A DNA stretch of 63,880 nt. Source: Podarcis filfolensis (Eukaryota). The DNA is taken from the NCBI GenBank assembly GCA_964270895.1, contig OZ185439.1; one strand, given 5' to 3'. Position 1 is the first letter of the stretch. Every line of letters starts with the position of its first letter. The position numbers and the translations under genes are program-made. The notes under the pieces were generated by a model. That model was given only the letters and a program-made list of their open reading frames with translations, searched no databases and was not told the origin of the DNA. Below are positions 12,641 to 24,626 of this stretch, one piece after another.

Positions 12641-13559
12641 AGGGGACACTAGGGCACATCTGGTCCTGTGACTTACTAAAGAAAATATATAATCCTCCCT
12701 TAAAGGAATGCAAATATAATTAGTAAGTTTATTTTTTAAATGCTGTGAATAAATGACAGCACTAGTCCTCTTTGTGAAAGCATCTCTTACAGGATCTCAG
12801 ATTTGACAAGGAGCATGCAGTTCTTCTCTAAGAAGGCCTGAAGGTAAGCCAGCTAGATAGAAGTGAGACACACACAAAGTAATTCAACTGAAGTACTAGG
12901 AAATACCCCGCTCCCACTCCACCAGTCCAAAGAACTAAATAATGCAAACAAAACTGTAAGCATCTAGCAAAGACAACAAGATTTAAAAGAAGGTAGGAGT
13001 TGATGTTTACTTAATTCCTGCAGAGGAACATTATTTGAAAAGAAGATAAAGCCACCAGAGACACAAAGATCAGCCACCTGCTTTGCTTGGGAACATTACA
13101 TTCCTTAAATACTTCATACCATCTCACCAATTTTGGTAAGGTAACAGTTCTAAACCATTTTAACTATCCAACTATAAAATGCCTAGTATTAAAGTTTGTT
13201 GCTTTCGATCTTAGTGTTTGGGTGGGATAAGGATTGTAAAAGTTTATCACTCATTTTCACTGTCAGACATTAGTTAATACACATATATTTTGCAAAGTGT
13301 TTAAGTGTGTGCACTGTTTATACTTTCAGTTCCAAGACAAACTTCAGCAAACTTTTGCAGCAAGAAGTCTTGACTCTTTTTTGTTGTTGTTGCCTTGGTA
13401 AGTTTTGCTGTATTTTATGTGCCCTCAGGATTAAACACAGGCTATGTTCAGACATCATGCTAAACCATAGCTTAGCATGACGAGAATGAGATAGAACAAG
13501 CATCAGGCTTGTGCACCACCCTCTTCTCCTCTGGCATAACCACAAGTTTAGAAGCTTTT

Positions 13560-13705
13560 ACTTCTGGCTTAGAATAACCCCAGAATGCTGTGATAGCTGA
13601 ACAAAACACATTGTGATCAGCCTTAACTATGGTTTATTTGAAGCAAGACAATTTCAAACCATGGGTTAACCATAATGAGCATTAAGCACAATTTCAGATC
13701 ACATA
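13560..13705. mobile_element. Degenerate palindromic repeat (AAACCATGG-rich, MITE-like)
   Basis: Inverted 'ttaactatggttt' / 'aaaccatgggttaa'. Similar motifs occur at ~56390-56500 and ~57060-57265. Confidence 0.4.
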
Positions 13706-14295
13706 TTAAATTGTAATTAATGGAGAGCAAAAGCAAAAGCACTCATTGCAACTCATTCTTGTCATTCTAAACTATATGTTTACTATACTAAATATGGTTT
13801 GGTCTGAATGTAGCTTCAGACAGTATTCACACAGTGATATGGGAGCTACTTCCAGTGGTGCAATCCCATTCTTTGTCCACATGGCTTTGTCAAGTTGTGT
13901 GGATCTTTCCCACCTGATTGTCATCTGACCAGCAGGGTTCCCATCTGCTAGAGATGTGTATGACCTTGGCCCTTGTATAAACCTGTACAGTCTCCTAACT
14001 GAGGATTATTAAATAGTTCCCAGTCACTTCAAAAACAATGATGAAACAATTATAAATGGAGCTGGGGGCGGGGAAGTGTACAGATCATAATGAGCAAAGA
14101 TGGCTCTATAATACCAACTTCTGTTAAAAAAATAATACGGCCTATCTTTCCTTCAAAATCACATCTGAAGCAGACTGTAGTTTGCTCTTTGATACAATCC
14201 ATGGCTTCATCTCAGACTGCCTTGATATATGAAACGGGGGGGGGGGGGGCATCACATGGAAAGCATTCAGGCCAACAAAGTCAGATCCTAAGGTT

Positions 14296-14296
<1 letters not shown>

Positions 14297-14342
<46 letters not shown>

Positions 14343-14812
14343 TTATTTATACCCCGCCCTCCCCGGCCAGAGCCGGGCTCAGGGCAGCTAACACCAATAA
14401 AAATACAATAAAACATAATGGGGGGGGGGGAGACAAACAAACAAACAAACAAACAAACAAACAAAAACAGTTTATTAAAATATGGGTTAAAATACAATTT
14501 AAAATGCAGCCTCATTTTAATAGTAGCCCATAAATCAAAGCCATAAGGGGAGGGAAACATAAGGGTCAGACTGAGTCCAAACCAAAGGCCAGGCGGAACA
14601 GCTCTGTTTTGCAGGCCTTGCGGAAAGATGTCAAGTCCTGCAAGGCCCTGGTCTCTTGTGACAGAGCGTTCCACCAAGTCGGGGCCAGTACTGAAAAGGC
14701 CCTGGCCCTAGTTGAGACCAATCTAACCACTTTGCGGCTTGGGACCTCCAAAGTGTTGTTATTTGTGGACCTTAAGGTCCTCCATGGGGCAAACCAGGAG
14801 AGGTGGTCCTGT
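14297..14812 (-). mobile_element. Young 5'-truncated L2 LINE with ORF2 C-terminus, 3'UTR and (TAT)n tail
   Basis: Open minus-strand frame LQDHLSWFAPWRTLRS...RARAFSVLAPTWWNALSQETRALQDLTSFRKACKTELFRLAFG. The 3'UTR contains a (TTTG)n run, and the end reads as 'gggagggcggggtataaataaat(tat)n' on the minus strand. Confidence 0.92.
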
Positions 14813-15020
14813 AGGGACACTGTTAGCATGGGGTATAGCCATGAGAAGTGGCAACCACCATGTCGACCAATATTGCTATTCAACCAATATTACTAACTGA
14901 GCTCCTGCTGCTGTAGTGTGCAACACAAGTGAGGAACATCTTACTTGTGTACCTCATCAGGCCCCATCTAACTGTCCAGCTTGTTCCCTTGTAATTTCAT
15001 CTCAAGTCTCTCTTTACATT

Positions 15021-15995
15021 GTTATATAGGGCGGCAAATATGTTCCAGCAGCCTTAAGGGTTTTCAATGCAAAGCCCGTTTCCCAACTCCTGTATGCAGC
15101 AAATGTCTGGCATAATGGGGACCTGCCAAAGCTAGATGGCTTTCAGGCAAAATTTATACGATCTCTGCTGCAGGTACCTAACTGCGTCCCCAACTCCGTA
15201 CTTCTGCTGGAAGCTGGTGAATGCTCAATTTCAGCTAGAGTGTGGTGGGCTGCCCTAAAACATTGGCTCAGGATTTCAGTGTTTAATTTAGGGAAGGGTC
15301 TGTACCAACATTTGACCAATGAGGAATTTGTCAGCAAATGGCAGAAAACCATGGCTAAAAAAGCCACCTCTATTGGTCTGTCTCCCCCCCCCCCCAACTG
15401 TATTACCTGGGTTATGAAGGTGCCCAAAAGGTTTTAAAGCAAAGATTATGGGACAATGCACACAGTGACTTGCGATCTCGATCACACGCAGTCTGTAGTC
15501 CGCTGGCAGCAGGAGTTCAATATGGGTATGTCTTTGAGTTAACATCTTACATCAAAAACCTGACAGTACCTAACTATCGAAGGCTTTTCACTAAAGCCAG
15601 ACTAAATGTCTTCCCCTCTGCAGTGCTGGATAGTAGGTTGAGAGGAGTTCCCTACCAGGACAGACTTTGCTCATGTGCTCAAGACATCGATTCCATAAAT
15701 CATATTTTGTTGCATTGTGTGAAGTATGAGCAGGCCAGGGCTGAACTGATACTACCCTTGCTGGTGCCTTTCCCGGGAAAATCAGAGGCTCACTATGTCA
15801 GGTTCCTACTGGAAGACCGGACAAAAGCTAGAACGTTAGCAGTGGCAAAGTTTTTATCAGTGGTTGCAAGAACAAATGAGCCCTATATTCTAAACAAAAT
15901 GCTTAATTAACCTGGAGGTAGGCTGTATGAACTGTGTATCGATTTGTAATGTTTTGTTGGGTCTCTGGACCGTAATAAAGATTGTTGTTGTTATT
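15021..15995 (+). mobile_element. 5'-truncated non-LTR retrotransposon 3' end with a C-terminal Cys/His knuckle (RTEX-like, clade inferred)
   Basis: Frame 15030-15395 reads GGKYVPAALRVFNAKPVSQLLYAANVW...KFIRSLLQVPNCVPNSVLLLEAG. After a frameshift at the C12 run the reading continues QLYYLG...RRLFTKARLN...RLCSCAQDIDSINHILLHCVKYEQAR to the stop at 15910. AATAAA at 15974-15979 is followed by a (TTG)n tail. Confidence 0.85.
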
Positions 15996-16448
15996 CATGG
16001 CTTTCAATATAGTCCCATTTCTGCAAATCATCTCAGCCAGATCCAGGGCTTTGATAAGGAAAAATAGCAGTATCTGGATCAAATATATTTGGTCTGAGAG
16101 GTGAATGTCATCAAGGAAAATCAAGAGTGGTGTCCCATGTCCTTTCCAATCCTAGCATTACCTTTCACCTTGGAGAGCTATGTTACATGTATTCCAACCA
16201 TGAGAGTGATGATGGAAAGTGTATGTGCACACATGCAGCAAGAGTTTCTCCTTCACTGTCTGATATGCTTGATCACTGTCCCATCATATGTCCCGAAACA
16301 AAGACAAAGGTCTGATTAGAGACCAAGTCTGATATTAAGTCTGGCAGAATGGCGGTGTGACACTAGCAAGAAAAGCAGTTTCCAGATCACACACTTTTAA
16401 TCTAGTTATTAAAAATGCTGAGAATAACAAGTCAGAGGTGAAAGCTGG

Positions 16449-16450
<2 letters not shown>

Positions 16451-16493
<43 letters not shown>

Positions 16494-16525
16494 TTTATTT
16501 ATATCCCGCCCTCCCCAGCCATGGT
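16451..16525 (-). mobile_element. Very short L2 3'-tail insertion with (AAT)n microsatellite
   Basis: '(aat)n aaattttatttatatcccgccctccccagcc' is nearly the same terminus as at 14297-14365. Confidence 0.8.
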
Positions 16526-16599
16526 GAGGACACAAACTTGAGATACTTTCAGAATAACAAAAACTGGTAGACAACCAGTAGCAAACGAAAGAAAGATAC

Positions 16600-16672
16600 T
16601 TGAATTTGATCTATAAAAGTTTATCCCTCAACAAAATCTGCTGGTTGTTAAGGTGCCACATGATTGTTAACT
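16600..16672 (+). mobile_element. Degenerate Penelope-like element terminal fragment
   Basis: 'aaaagtttatcc...aaaatctgctggttgttaaggtgccaca' resembles the reptile PLE terminus and the copy at 37093-37181. Confidence 0.5.
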
Positions 16673-18127
16673 GCCTTTGGAAGGAGCATGTAATATGACA
16701 GCAGAAGACTTCTATGTGTGGGTACAAGTTTTTCTTAGAAAACAATACTAGTGTGTTTCAAACTCAAAATATTCTGCAAATGCAGGAGAACTGATCCCCA
16801 AACGAGAAAGACCTTACTGTACTGATGGTTCTTCTTGAAAAAACCTTAACGATGGCTAGAATATGTACAAACAATACCTACAGTGTGTATAACAGTTCAT
16901 TCAAACAGATTTAATTTACATGCCTCAGTTTGCTATACTGAATTGCTTGTGATGATACAGATTTGCATGGATTCAAGTAGAGAGAGGACAAAGTCAGGAC
17001 ACAGACAATAGATTGTGGAAAGTTTTTGTCATCATTAATTGGGATATGCTATTATTTCTGCATGATTACTGTAGAATGCAATGTACTTATTAAGGTTATG
17101 AACTAGTTTGCATCATTTCATTGCAAAAATTAGTAATGTGCTAAGTATGATGTATCTTCTCCATGATTATACCTGCTCAGAACCACAGCAACTTTCTATA
17201 GCACCACTTTGAAATACTCAGCTCCTTAATGCTTTTGCCAAATCTGCTAGATATATAGTGAGCAGTGCCACACTCCAGATACATCCAACTAAACCCAGAG
17301 GAAAGCAACATGCATGTCCTACTCTTCCTGAGGAATATTTATCCTATACTAAATCCTAGGAAACTCTGTGAGCACCTCTTTAGTGCAGTTTATGACAGGA
17401 TTATTAATACTGCTCAACAACCAAGTAAAATTAGAGATAAAATCTGAATAGGTCCCATTATTGTTTTTAGAGTGAACTAAATAAGCTATATAATTTTCCA
17501 TCTAGAAGAAAGCTCAGCCCTGTACATGCAAGGAATAAGATTGTGATCCTAAGCACATCACATCCTACCGTTGCTTGAGTATCAGTAAATCCCCACCTTC
17601 AGTGCTGTGAATTCAAGCAAATAAGAGCTTTAAAATGTCAGGCCAGCCCTTAAGGATTTATTCGCTTTAGCATTTTTATACAATGAACATTAATTTCAAA
17701 TGGGAAGTAAAAGCAGTTGTCAGACTTGAGGCACTTGCTATGTTTTCCCTAAATTTCATATGCCTCTTTCTATGCTATTGTTCTCTGAAGAACTTTCTTT
17801 CCTACCCTCAAAATTAATCCATCCCTATCTATTGGAGCCATAAACTAAATTTTGTAAAGGGAAAAAAGCCTCAACTGGAAAATTTTCAAATAACTCTCTG
17901 TACTTTGAGTGTAAGTTTATAACCAGGGATGCAAGAACTGGAGGCCCCAATGAATGATAGCTTTGTTATATCAGGAAGTCCCTATAGAGATTTTCTTTAG
18001 ATTCTAAATATTTTTGACAGATTTTTTTAGTTTATTTCTCTGCAACTATGAAAGATGGAAGCTTGTGCAAGAGAAAGTATGCATCCTCTGAGAATCTTAG
18101 AATTCTGACTTTTATCTCTGACTCTCG

Positions 18128-18149
18128 CTGCTGCTGCTGCTGCTGCTGC
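18128..18149. repeat. (GCT)n microsatellite
   Basis: Direct reading. Confidence 0.9.
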
Positions 18150-20169
18150 AATATGGTCATCCAGTTTCCCCAAGCACTACCTACAACTCAACAGGACTAC
18201 AGATGTCACAAAATGACTAACGGGTATTTGTTTCCTCGGAAACCTGGCCAGGTAGTCAGTGCTCTTCCTCATAAAAGACCAGAGCTTGTAGATGGTAGAG
18301 TTCGGAGGTGGTAGCATGGAATGTTCCACTTCTGATTGCAGGTGTGGGGTGAGTTGGCTCATTTCCAATGCCCCTCTATGTGAAAAGCTCCCTGCAGGTA
18401 GAAAGATCTGCACAATAATTATGTATTTATTACCAATATTTATATTCTGCTTTTCAGTTATAGTAAACAAGTTGCGCTACAATCTTCTCTTTGCTGTAAT
18501 AGGGTTTTCTTATTTACATTCAGTTTTTTCACGTGGGGAAGACTTATAAGATCAAGGTTCTCCACCTGCAGTCTAAAGGGATGGAGTCTACTCTGCCACC
18601 TCATTCTGCTGCATCTTTAGATGAGCCTAGCTCTGATCACATGCAACGAACTGTATGCAGGAACCAATTGCCATGGTTGCAGGTATGTATCCACTTCCTC
18701 ATCAAAAGATGTGTCGTGCCAGTTCAAATGGGCCTGGGTGAACCCTGGGACATGGAAGTGACATAGGGCCAAACAACCGGCATTAAATTGATGAGCTTAT
18801 CAGTATTTCATTTAAATCATTTACAGTCCAACTTCTCACACTCCAGCTTTTGACTAAGTTCCCAAAGCTGTTTACAGAATAAAATACTTAAAACCTTTAA
18901 AAAAATTAAAAAGGTAAAGATAGCCTTGGGGGAATCAACTCATCCCTCGAGACTTGGCTTTGGATTGGGAGCAACGATTGTTGAGCAATGCTGTAGATTA
19001 GAATGCTTGGGTGGAAAGTTCTGCTTTCCTGAGAGTACTACGTATACTTGAAAATTGCTACCTATAAGCTGCCAGCACCTGTCTGCATGTCCTGAAGTGG
19101 CTAAAGCAGGGAACTGTTATTGGTTGTTGGAATACAACAGTCATAGCTGAGATGCAGACGGTAATTTGAGATAGCAGCCTGGGTGGTGCCAGTCCAGGCT
19201 TAGCAATATTAGACTGCCAATGTCAGAAATGGCAACCATGGATAGTAGGAGGAGGGGAAAGCAACTGATTCAGTCCCAAAGCGCCATAGCTCTTTTCTAT
19301 CTTGGATTGTAATCTGTGCTGTAGAAGAACTGGGGGTATGTAGTTTCCAAGGCTTGTCAACACCACTGCTTTTAAGTAGTGATGCTGCCAAGCCTTGTAA
19401 TTTCCTGGTTTAAAAGCACAAAAATGAAAGCAAGTACCAGAAGCAAAAAAATAAGATTAATCTCCTGAAATCTTGGTGGAACTGGAATGTGTCCATTCAA
19501 GAAAAGGGAAAGAACAAGTTCTGGGACTACTTACTGTTGTCAGAACAAACAGAGATCTAGTGAAGTTGTTTTAAAACTGGATACACAGGTTCTTGCTGAT
19601 GCATTACAGCTTCCCAATATAATTAAACAATTTGAGCAAGGGTTGAAACCATAGCATTTGGATTGGATGAGAGAGAGGAATCTGGGTATCATATGTGTGA
19701 CTTTTTTGTAACTATTTCTTAACACAATTCTGGATAAGTCTTGTGTCCTGCTTATTCTTCCTTTTCTCTAACTTCAGACTTCTCTACGCTCCCTCTGGTT
19801 TGGGATGTCACCGTAACGGTAGGTGCAAGAATTCACCATCAGGACAGCATAGCATAAAGGACAATGGTGCTTTTTCAGACTCCCATACTCTGTGCTGAAT
19901 CCTGCACTACTTGTTACTTAATAACCGCGTAAAATCAGCTGCACATTGGAGAAATTCAATCCAAATATGACTGGGCTTACTACTTTGGAAATATCCTCCA
20001 ACACAGCATAAAGCTAATTTAGCTGTCACTTACTGTAAGTAAAATGACAAATATCCGTAATATCTGTCAGGATATGAATACTTTAAAAAGAGTTATGCAG
20101 CTGTCAACATTTTGATGACTCTAACAAGAACAAAACAAACGAACAGAAAACAGACAGCAAGTCTGTTAT

Positions 20170-20312
20170 NNNNNNNNNNNNNNNNNNNNNNNNNNNNNNN
20201 NNNNNNNNNNNNNNNNNNNNNNNNNNNNNNNNNNNNNNNNNNNNNNNNNNNNNNNNNNNNNNNNNNNNNNNNNNNNNNNNNNNNNNNNNNNNNNNNNNNN
20301 NNNNNNNNNNNN
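20170..20312. other. N-run (143 bp)
   Basis: Direct reading. Confidence 1.
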
Positions 20313-21277
20313 CACACAAAATTAACTGCAAATGTTTCTGTAGTGAACTGATACAGGTAAATCAGTCGGTACTACTGACAAACTAGCACAGTATATGCCA
20401 TTTCAGATTGAATGTCGTTTTCATAATCAAATGACTGTTTATAACAAAATAACATCATTTATCAATTTTGAAGAATACAGGGATCCACAATTACACTCAG
20501 CTGTGATGAGCTGGTGAGTGTATCATTCAATCTGAAAAGAGTTGCCCACCCTTTTCTGGTTTCTGGATGCTAGAGAAGCATGATTGTTTTCCCTGAGCTC
20601 ATGCTGATATTTGGAGACCACTTGGAAGCCCACTTGGAACTTTCAAAGGCAGTGTGACAAGACCCACTCCCTCCCAACACAAGTTCAGAATTGGGAAGAA
20701 GAAATGGCACTTCTTCATCTGGTCATGGAAGCACAATGGGAACCTGCAAAGCTCTGTGTGATGTCATAGTCAAGATCATTCTCTCTCCCTTGACAGAAGA
20801 GCAAGGTCTTTGGCAAGCTCCATTTGGGGTTGAATACCAGGGCCAGCCAAAATTCATGGGCCCCTCCTGGAAGAATGGCTTAGGAAGAATAAAGCTAGCA
20901 GCCTTTCTGAGTGGAATAATATGTATGTGTCACTTGAAAGAATGTCCTTGTCAGAGTCACTATGAGAGGATCCAATCCCAGAACCCTGAGCCACAAACAA
21001 AAAACCAGGATTAAAACCCAATGCAACTCCAACAAACTTCAAAAACTGACATTTCAGGAACTAGGCAATCAAGTCAAGACAGAAGCTGGAAGCAGGCATC
21101 AAACAGATGCCATTCTAGCTCCCCATAATGAGTTAGCATGCAGTAAAGAGGATGTGAGGCAGTGTCCAAGCTCCCATTGGATGAAGAACTCAGGCTGCTT
21201 ATAGCAGAGACAGAAATATTGGCTGCTTTGAGATTGCTTGGAGGTAGTGAGATTAAATCTCCCTTCTCCCTTCTGCT

Positions 21278-21279
<2 letters not shown>

Positions 21280-21323
<44 letters not shown>
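21280..21323. repeat. (GT)n microsatellite
   Basis: Direct reading. Confidence 0.95.
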
Positions 21324-21324
<1 letters not shown>

Positions 21325-21694
21325 GAATGATCTTCACCACTGGTGTGCAGCCCCTGTGGGCTCTAATGGGTATAAAGGTTTTCCACCCCTGAATTAGGGG
21401 GAGAATGGCCAACATTTAATCTGGGAATTCAGAGGGCCTAGATCTATTTAAATCTACACATATAGTGTAACTGGTTACTTCAAAACAAACAAACACACAC
21501 ACACACCACTCCATAAACATTGCTCAGGGGTGAAACCAGCCTTCATTTCACCTGGGTCAAAATTAATGTATACAGAGAACTGGCATACTAAAGAAGAAAA
21601 ATATTATGCTGAAAGAAATATATTACAGTATAGTAAGATCCTGGTGGAAAGAATGAACATAACTTTCAGAAATAGGCTTCCATAATAGCTAATG

Positions 21695-21775
21695 CAGCAA
21701 TTCTAACACTATTTTCCTGGAAGTAAGTCCCACTGAATTCAACAGGACATACTTTCTAGTAGGATGTGCTGCAAG
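21695..21775. mobile_element. Short old palindromic repeat ('gaagtaagtcccactgaattcaa' family)
   Basis: Related copies at ~26195-26248, ~42530-42615 and ~51640-51725. Confidence 0.6.
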
Positions 21776-23035
21776 ATGCTAACTTTAGAATTGAAGGCAC
21801 TATGTCGAAAAACTTACAACATTCTATTTTCAATAGTAAGTGTTACTAGTGTTTAGATGTGATGTAATATGCTAAGGAAAAATTATTCTAGCTAGAATGA
21901 TAAGAACAATGAGTTTAAAGAGAAAGGATATGGAATGTTTCTTTTTGCTGAGGTTCCATCTTACTACTAAAGGGGCTCAAATCAACCTCACACCTATAAA
22001 TGAGAATTTGTGGTACAGTCATTCTTCTCCACCAGCTGTGGATAAAGTACCAAACCAAAACACATATTTGAAAAATGTTAAATGAGAACTGCAAAAAAAA
22101 ATTCCACAAGATTCAAGAGAGTAATATAATGTTTTCTAAGAATGCCCATGATGGAACAAATAACAGTCTGAAGTAGATCCCATTTTTATCTTATTTCATA
22201 TTTATGATGTTGCAGTGAATTTCCCAATGTAATGACTGTGTACATTACAAATAAAGGATGGTAATCCAAGATGAATTTTGTGAACACCCAAAAATATATT
22301 GCAATTTCTTCACTTTTCATACATACACAAGTGAATACTGACAATCTCAAGTTGATGCCAGTCAACATTCACTGTGCAGTTTTTGGACATTCACAGAACA
22401 TGCCTGGCATTGCCAACATTTACTTATGATTATCAATAGCCATTAAAGTTTGGATATTCACTAATGCATATTGGGGTGGTCTTTTTTTATTTCCATGTAT
22501 TACCTAGCATTAATACCACTAAATATGGAAAAGTAAGCTCACACACTGACTTATTGGGCTCTCAAGAGTGAAATAGTTCAATAAAAATCAGTTTAAAGAG
22601 GCAAACAAAAAATGTGTGCATACATAGACACTTTTACTCAATTAATCGTTACTCTTTTGATTTTCAGACACAAGTTATTGAAACAAGTAATAGTCAGAAA
22701 TTCCCATTTAAGTGGTTTGACTCATAATTTAGAATAAAACAGATGTGTACATCTACCCACTCTGCCAAAAGGGACCCTTAAGTGGGGTGGGGGTGGGGTG
22801 TGGAATGCACAAGAAGCTAAGACTTATAGCAGCATAAATACTTGGAAGTACACACTGACAAGTATGAAGCAGCATCATAAATGATTCTCAGAACACTTTG
22901 AAAACAAGTTAAAGTAAACAATGGTCAATACACTATTTTACCATTCCATTGCTCCTTTCACATACAGACTGTGATGGGGTCTTCTGCTCAGCCACTAGCC
23001 TATATCATCAGATATCACGTCGCAACAGATAGAGG

Positions 23036-23158
23036 CAGTGTTTTTTTCCTAAAAAAAATGTTTAGGGGTCCTCTCATTTTGACTCAAGAAAATCACCATT
23101 TTATAGGCCACCATCTGGGATAGCAACGGAACTGACAATTCACCATGCTAGAGAAGAA

Positions 23159-23211
<53 letters not shown>

Positions 23212-23290
23212 TTCTCCTGTTAGATTCACAAAATGTTTAGGGGTATGCATCCCCCTGCATCCCCACTGGATAGCACTGAAAAAAGCACTG
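23036..23290 (+). mobile_element. Complete hAT MITE (255 bp) with internal (ATT)n
   Basis: TIR cagtgttttttt / aaaaaagcactg. Perfect 8-bp TSD GATAGAGG at 23028-23035 and 23291-23298. Internal (ATT)n at 23158-23204. Confidence 0.93.
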
Positions 23291-23712
23291 GATAGAGGTA
23301 TAGACAACTCCTGGATACCCTAGTCTCAAACAGGTATACCATTCAGAGTGTTCCCAGTTTGAAATCTGGGCCAGCCCTGTGGCTTCCATGGCCTGACAAG
23401 AGTGGAAGTGACAGAACAAGAGGAGGATGGATCTTCCCAAGCAAAATGAAAATATTATGACAGAAAATGGTGAAGAGACATAAGGGGGGGGGATTTAAAA
23501 ATGTTAATTGTGTTTTATCTCTATCAAGATTTTCAGTGGTCTGCTTCACATCTATGGGAAACAGTTTAGGAATAAAATTAATGCTCCCACCGATCAACTG
23601 CAGCCTGAGAACTGCCATATACCTGACAAGTGCCATCTAAAATAATGCCAATTACAAGCAGTTCTTCAACTCATTATTTCCAGTGTGACTCTCACTGCTG
23701 AGCAACACACCA

Positions 23713-23785
23713 GAGATCTGTGGTCCCTTTAAACAGATTTATTGTCGAGGCATAAGCTTTAATTGGTGAACTACTGCTTTTGATA
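23713..23785 (-). mobile_element. Degenerate Penelope-like element terminal fragment
   Basis: Reverse strand reads 'aaagcttatgcc...aataaaatctgtttaaagggaccacaga'. Confidence 0.5.
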
Positions 23786-24484
23786 ATGCAGACACAAATG
23801 CATCCTATATAAAATATTATAAACTGAAAATCTTCCCAGTTTGTCATAGGCTATGCGTTTTCTCACATCTCACATCACAGGCCAGAGTAAAGGTGTTGCA
23901 GTATCTCTCTGCTTTGAAATATCTTTTAATTCTCTAAATAAGACAAATTTGTTACTGACCAATAGATACAAAATCGGACACTGCTGTGCTATACATAACA
24001 GAATTGAAGATAACCCTTTACTGTAAACACTGAAAAAGGCCAGTGGTAGAATCAGTCTTTAAAGAGAGGTTCAGCGGATGGCTTTTCTTTTTATGGGGCT
24101 GTCCTCCTAGTGGTTCTACTGGGGATACTCAGTAAGTATGACTGGGACTAGTGACTAATCCAAAAGACAACTAGATAAAGTAGCTGCCAACATTCCCAGC
24201 ACTATTTCACAGCAAAACATAAGACTGTTGCAAGTTGCCAAAGACATTCTGTGAAATCCCACCAACCCCCCCCCCCCATTTTTTAAATTTTGCAACATAA
24301 ACACACATAACACTAGTAAAAGAAAAGGGGGGTGGAGGAAACTTCAAAAGAAAATACAAAAACCTATATGAAACAAATAATGGACAGTGAATTCTTATCT
24401 GATAACAGGGTCGTTTAAAACAGGTAGCAATAGCAACAAGAAGGATGAGAGAGATCTTTCTCAGTTGCAAGCAGAGTAAGTAGC

Positions 24485-24626
24485 CTGGGGTGGTAAACCT
24501 CAGGCTCGCCAAAGGTAGCTGGCTATTCTGCAACTCCCATCAGTCCCAGCCAGAATAGCCAGTAGTCAGGGATAATGGAGTTGTAGTTCAGCAACAAATG
24601 GAGAACCACAGCTTAAGCCAACCCTA
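24485..24626. mobile_element. Palindromic hAT/Charlie-type MITE, diverged copy
   Basis: 'ctgcaactcccatcagtcccagcc...gggataatggagttgtagttcagcaaca', same family as 12171-12308. Confidence 0.8.

Noticed and set aside
15470-15910. 146-aa zinc-finger-like ORF as a domesticated or novel gene
   Set aside because: It is the C-terminus of a LINE ORF2. It continues upstream across a frameshift and is followed by the element's tail.
16600-23785. Additional hammerheads in the two older Penelope fragments (16600 and 23713)
   Set aside because: The CUGANGA and GAAA cores are not intact.
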